64,000 nt of DNA from Nitrospirota bacterium (GTDB lineage Bacteria > Nitrospirota > Thermodesulfovibrionia > Thermodesulfovibrionales > JdFR-86): assembly GCA_963721805.1 (NCBI GenBank), contig CAVRJY010000002.1, forward strand, positions 64,001 to 128,000, given 5' to 3'. This document shows, in pieces, positions 60,334 through 64,000 of this stretch. Numbering within the stretch: the first letter of the stretch is position 1; each line of letters opens with the position of its first letter. Both the position numbers and the translations under genes were made by a program. The notes under the pieces were generated by a model that saw only the letters and a program-made list of their open reading frames with translations, did not search any database and had not been told where the DNA came from.

Positions 60334-60707
60334 TAACGCTCTGCGTCCTGATATTGCTGATGGGCTGCTCCGCGCAGGCCCCGCCCCCGGCCGACTGCGA
60401 CCCGGACGCCGGGCCGTGCGCCAAGCCCGCCGCTACTCTTGAGATCACGCCGCGCCCCGTGGCCGCTATGCGCGAGCTGACCTTCAGCGTGATAACGAAA
60501 GGCGCGCCCGCGCCGGACATGATCGACCTCTCGATGCCGGGTATGACGATGGGGGTCAACCGCGTGCCGCTTAAGCGGGTAGCGCCCGGTACTTACGCGG
60601 GCCAAGGCGTGATCGTGCGCTGCCCGAGCGGGGCCACGCTGTGGCGTGCGGCGGTGTATAACGGCGATGCGCTGGTCGCGGAGTATCTCTTCGATGTCAG
60701 GCGGTAG
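60312..60707 (+). CDS. Putative metal-binding lipoprotein
   Basis: LMGC lipobox, CDPDAGPC, LSMPGMTMG, RCPSG. Confidence 0.7.
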   Translation: MDHNHKLITLCVLILLMGCSAQAPPPADCDPDAGPCAKPAATLEITPRPVAAMRELTFSVITKGAPAPDMIDLSMPGMTMGVNRVPLKRVAPGTYAGQGVIVRCPSGATLWRAAVYNGDALVAEYLFDVRR

Positions 60708-63096
60708 GCTCTGCTGCAGCCACTGCGAGCTGCCAGTCCCCGAGGCCGAGGCGATCCGCGAGGGCCCGCTCGCGTTTTGCTGCGAGGGCTGCCGCTCCGT
60801 GTACCATATACTGCGCGCCGGGGGCTTCGACGAGTTCTACTCGCACCGCCCGGGCTGGAGGCCCGGCCCGCCGCCGGATGCCGCCGAACTAGAGCCCTCG
60901 GCCTTCGCAGGCTCGGTGCGGCAGGCCGGGGATACTCTTACGCTCGACGTGCAGATCAGCGGGATCAGGTGCGCCTCGTGCGTCTGGCTGATAGAGAACT
61001 TCCTCAAGCGCAAGGTCGGGGTGAGCGAGGCGCGCATCAACTACGCCACGCACCGCGGCCGCATCACATGGCGCTCCGCCGGCCCTTCACTTAAGGACAT
61101 CCTCCACGCGATCCGCTCTATCGGGTATATCGCGCTGCCGTATTCCGCGGCAGCCCGTGACTCGCTCATAGACCGCGAGCGGCGCGACCTCCTCTTGCGC
61201 TTCGGCACGGCCGCGTTTTTCTCGATGCAGCTGATGCTCTTTACGGTCGCGCTCTACGCCGGGTACTTCAAGGGCATGGACCCGTCGCTCAAGAGCTTTT
61301 TCCAGTACGTCACCTGGGCGCTCGCCACCCCGGTCGTGTTCTATTCGGGCTGGCCGTTTTTCGTCAACTCGATCAGGTCGGTCCGCAACCGCGTGCTCGG
61401 CATGGACGTGCTCGTGTTCGCGGGCTCGTTCTCTGCGTATCTCTACAGCATCGCGATGATATTCTATGGCGGCGAGGTCTACTTCGACACCTCCGCGATG
61501 ATCATCACCCTGATCCTGCTGGGCCGCTACATCGAGGCCAATGCCAAGGGCCGCGCCTCGGAGGCCATAACCGCGATGCTCGGGCTTCAGCCGCGCGAGG
61601 TAAGGCTCCGCGGCGGCGGAGCTGCGGCCATCGAGTCCGTCAAGGCCGGAGACGAGATCGAGGTGATGCCCGGCGGCCGCGTGCCGCTCGACGGTGAGAT
61701 CGCAGAGGGCGAGGCCGAGATAGACGAGTCGATGCTCACCGGAGAGTCCCGCCCTGTATCGAAGCGCCGCGGCGACGAGGCGCTCGCCGGCACGGTATGC
61801 CTCAACGGCCACCTCACCCTGAAGGTGACGCGCACGGGCGACGAGACCGTGCTCTCCTCTATCGTGCGTGCGGTGGAGGAGGCCCAATCCAGGCGCGCGC
61901 CGATACAGGCTGTTTCGGACCGCGTGGTCGGGTGGTTCGTCCCGGCCGTGCTCGCGATAGCCGCGGGCACGGCGGCATGGTGGCTGCACGCGGGTGGGGG
62001 GCCGTCGCGCGCGCTATCGGCCTCGGTCGCGGTGCTCGTGATAGCCTGCCCGTGCGCGCTGGGGCTCGCGACCCCGCTTGCGGTGCTGCGCGGTACGTGG
62101 CTCGCCTCTGCGCGCGGGATACTCGTGCGAGGCGGCGACGTGCTGGAGCGCGCGGCGCATACCGACACGCTCGTGTTCGACAAGACCGGGACGCTCACGC
62201 GCGGCAGCCCTGTGCTGACGGACGTGATCGAGACCGGCAACCATACCGCCGAAGACGTGCTGCGCCTCGCGGCATCCCTTGAGGCGCACTCCGAGCACTC
62301 CTTCGGCCGCGCGGTGCTCGCGGCCTCGCGCGCTGTCGAGCCCCTGCCCGTTGAGGCATTCAGCGTGGTCGCGGGACGCGGAGTGGTCGGCATGGCCAAC
62401 GGCTGGCGCGCGCTGCTCGGCACGAAAGGGTTGCTCGAAGACGAAGGCGTGGCCATACCCGAGGCGCTCGTCGAGCAGGCGAGGAAGCTCGCGCTTCAGG
62501 GCAAGACAGTCTCGTTTCTCGCCTCGGGCGGGCGGGCCGCCGGGCTGGTCGCGGTGGCCGACGGCATCAGGGACGAGGCGCGCGATATAGGCAAGACGGC
62601 TGATGCGATAGACCTGCGCATGGTCACCGGAGACAACGCCGCCGCTGCGGCGCATATCGCGGCCGAGGCCGGGCTGAAGGCCGTGCACGCGGGCGTCACG
62701 CCGGAGGGCAAGGCGCGGCTCATCCGGGAACTCAAGGACCATGACCGCACGGTGATGATGCTCGGAGACGGGATCAACGACGCCCCGGCGCTGAGCGAGG
62801 CGCAGGTGGGGGTATCGATGGGCCGCGCCTCGGACATCGCGCTGCTGAGCTCCGACGCGGTGCTGATGCGCAACGACCCGCGCGCAGCGCTCGAGCTAGT
62901 CGATATCGCGCGGCGCACCCTGCGGCTGATCAAGCAAAACCTCTTCTGGGCGTTCTCTTATAACCTGCTGGCGATACCCCTTGCCGCGGCCGGGCTGCTG
63001 CACCCGATAGTCTCGGCCCTGTGCATGGCCGCCAGTTCGCTCCTGGTCGTCGCCAACTCCATGAGGCTCCGCCCTCGCCGCACCGGGGCGCGATAG
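60694..63096 (+). CDS. ccoI: Heavy-metal P-type ATPase (CcoI/FixI)
   Basis: CSHC, FCCEGC, CASC, TGES, CPCALGLATP, DKTGT, GDGINDAP. Confidence 0.92.
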   Translation: MSGGRLCCSHCELPVPEAEAIREGPLAFCCEGCRSVYHILRAGGFDEFYSHRPGWRPGPPPDAAELEPSAFAGSVRQAGDTLTLDVQISGIRCASCVWLIENFLKRKVGVSEARINYATHRGRITWRSAGPSLKDILHAIRSIGYIALPYSAAARDSLIDRERRDLLLRFGTAAFFSMQLMLFTVALYAGYFKGMDPSLKSFFQYVTWALATPVVFYSGWPFFVNSIRSVRNRVLGMDVLVFAGSFSAYLYSIAMIFYGGEVYFDTSAMIITLILLGRYIEANAKGRASEAITAMLGLQPREVRLRGGGAAAIESVKAGDEIEVMPGGRVPLDGEIAEGEAEIDESMLTGESRPVSKRRGDEALAGTVCLNGHLTLKVTRTGDETVLSSIVRAVEEAQSRRAPIQAVSDRVVGWFVPAVLAIAAGTAAWWLHAGGGPSRALSASVAVLVIACPCALGLATPLAVLRGTWLASARGILVRGGDVLERAAHTDTLVFDKTGTLTRGSPVLTDVIETGNHTAEDVLRLAASLEAHSEHSFGRAVLAASRAVEPLPVEAFSVVAGRGVVGMANGWRALLGTKGLLEDEGVAIPEALVEQARKLALQGKTVSFLASGGRAAGLVAVADGIRDEARDIGKTADAIDLRMVTGDNAAAAAHIAAEAGLKAVHAGVTPEGKARLIRELKDHDRTVMMLGDGINDAPALSEAQVGVSMGRASDIALLSSDAVLMRNDPRAALELVDIARRTLRLIKQNLFWAFSYNLLAIPLAAAGLLHPIVSALCMAASSLLVVANSMRLRPRRTGAR

Positions 63097-63098
63097 CT

Positions 63099-63311
63099 GT
63101 GTGGAGCGTGTATTTTCTCGTGCTCGTGGCGGGATTCCTCGGGCTCGCGGCATGGCTGATATTCCTGTGGGCCGCCAAGAGCGGACAGTACGACGACCCC
63201 GAGGGCCCCAAGTACCGCATGCTCGATGACGATGACGGGCCCACGGGGCCGACTGGCCCCCCTCCGGACACGGCCAGGAAACCTCCAACCGAGCCTTCGC
63301 CAAAGGGCTGA
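63099..63311 (+). CDS. ccoS: cbb3 oxidase assembly protein CcoS
   Basis: FLWAAKSGQYDDPEGPKYRML. Confidence 0.88.
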   Translation: MWSVYFLVLVAGFLGLAAWLIFLWAAKSGQYDDPEGPKYRMLDDDDGPTGPTGPPPDTARKPPTEPSPKG

Positions 63312-63316
63312 GCGCA

Positions 63317-63997
63317 ATGCCCTCTGACCTGCTCTGGCTCTCGGCCCTGATGCTCGGCACCGGTCTCAGCGGCGGCTTCGGCCACTGCCTCGGGATGTGC
63401 GGCCCTATCGTTGTGACGTATGCCTCGGCATACCGCGTGGCTGGCATCCGGCCCCACGTACTCTACGGGCTCGGGCGCGTGACCACATACGCGCTGATGG
63501 GCGCTGCGGCAGGGCTCGCGGGCTCGCTCGTGCCCGTGGCCAGCCCGGCCGCCCAGCGCTGGGTGATGGCCGGGGCCGGGGCGCTCGTAGTGCTGATGGG
63601 GCTCGGGATGGCCGGGCGTGGGCCGGTGCTCAGGGTGCTCGAGCGCGTTGGGCTGGGCATCGGATTCATCAGGCGCGCCGGAGCTTTCTTCGGCGCTGGG
63701 CTCACGGCCGGGGCGTACTATCCGCTTGGGGTGGTGATGGGCTTCATACCCTGCGGGCTCGTATACACCGCGCTTGTGGCCTCGGCTCGCGCCTCGATGG
63801 ATGCGGCGCCGCCGGCCGCCGTGGCGCGCGGGATGGTGCTGATGGCCGCGTTCGGCGCGGGCACGATGCCGGGTATGGTGCTCGCCGGGCGGGCCTCGGC
63901 CCTGATCGGCACGCGCATGCGCGGCGCGCTCACGGCCGTAGGCGCGGCCCTGATGGTCGCGGCCGGGGTGATGTTCATCATAAGGGCTCTCCGGTAG
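63317..63997 (+). CDS. DsbD_2 / TauE-like membrane protein of cco loci
   Basis: HCLGMCGP, GRVTTY, GFIPCGLVY, FGAGT. Confidence 0.88.
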   Translation: MPSDLLWLSALMLGTGLSGGFGHCLGMCGPIVVTYASAYRVAGIRPHVLYGLGRVTTYALMGAAAGLAGSLVPVASPAAQRWVMAGAGALVVLMGLGMAGRGPVLRVLERVGLGIGFIRRAGAFFGAGLTAGAYYPLGVVMGFIPCGLVYTALVASARASMDAAPPAAVARGMVLMAAFGAGTMPGMVLAGRASALIGTRMRGALTAVGAALMVAAGVMFIIRALR

Positions 63998-64000
63998 CAG

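Noticed and set aside
1..64000. tRNA or rRNA genes, including selC near selA
   Set aside because: I recognised no cloverleaf or rRNA signatures by eye; tRNAscan-SE would be decisive.

Overview
GC-rich bacterial chromosomal segment; gene content suggests an anaerobic or microaerobic Gram-negative organism, most plausibly Nitrospirota or Desulfobacterota-like (inference). The backbone is housekeeping: gmd, a NodIJ-like ABC exporter, a CpxRA-like two-component system, bzaF behind a cobalamin riboswitch, tatBC, a HEAT + HD-GYP pair, rpmH-yidD-yidC (no rnpA), tal, selA, accA, purB, murJ, lptFG, two outer-membrane barrels, rarA, a sigma54 TauE/USP operon, amrS and an Rrf2-led cbb3 oxidase (cco) operon. 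Three lower-GC accessory islets interrupt it (about 1.3-2.8 kb, 20.7-24.9 kb and 49.0-54.1 kb). Main discoveries: (1) eight copies of a ~160-180 bp palindromic RPE/MITE-like repeat, one inserted inside the cobalamin riboswitch; (2) a recurring islet architecture of hairpin repeat + origin-like non-coding module + unrelated cargo, closed by an inverted hairpin repeat in two of three cases; (3) an unannotated exported SH3-glutaredoxin selenoprotein (WUGYC with a SECIS-like hairpin); (4) a degenerate duplicate of the selA 5' end marking a possible integration scar; (5) pervasive leaderless-type promoters, including tandem mini-ORF repeats upstream of murJ. Many single-base frameshifts in conserved genes look like long-read assembly errors.
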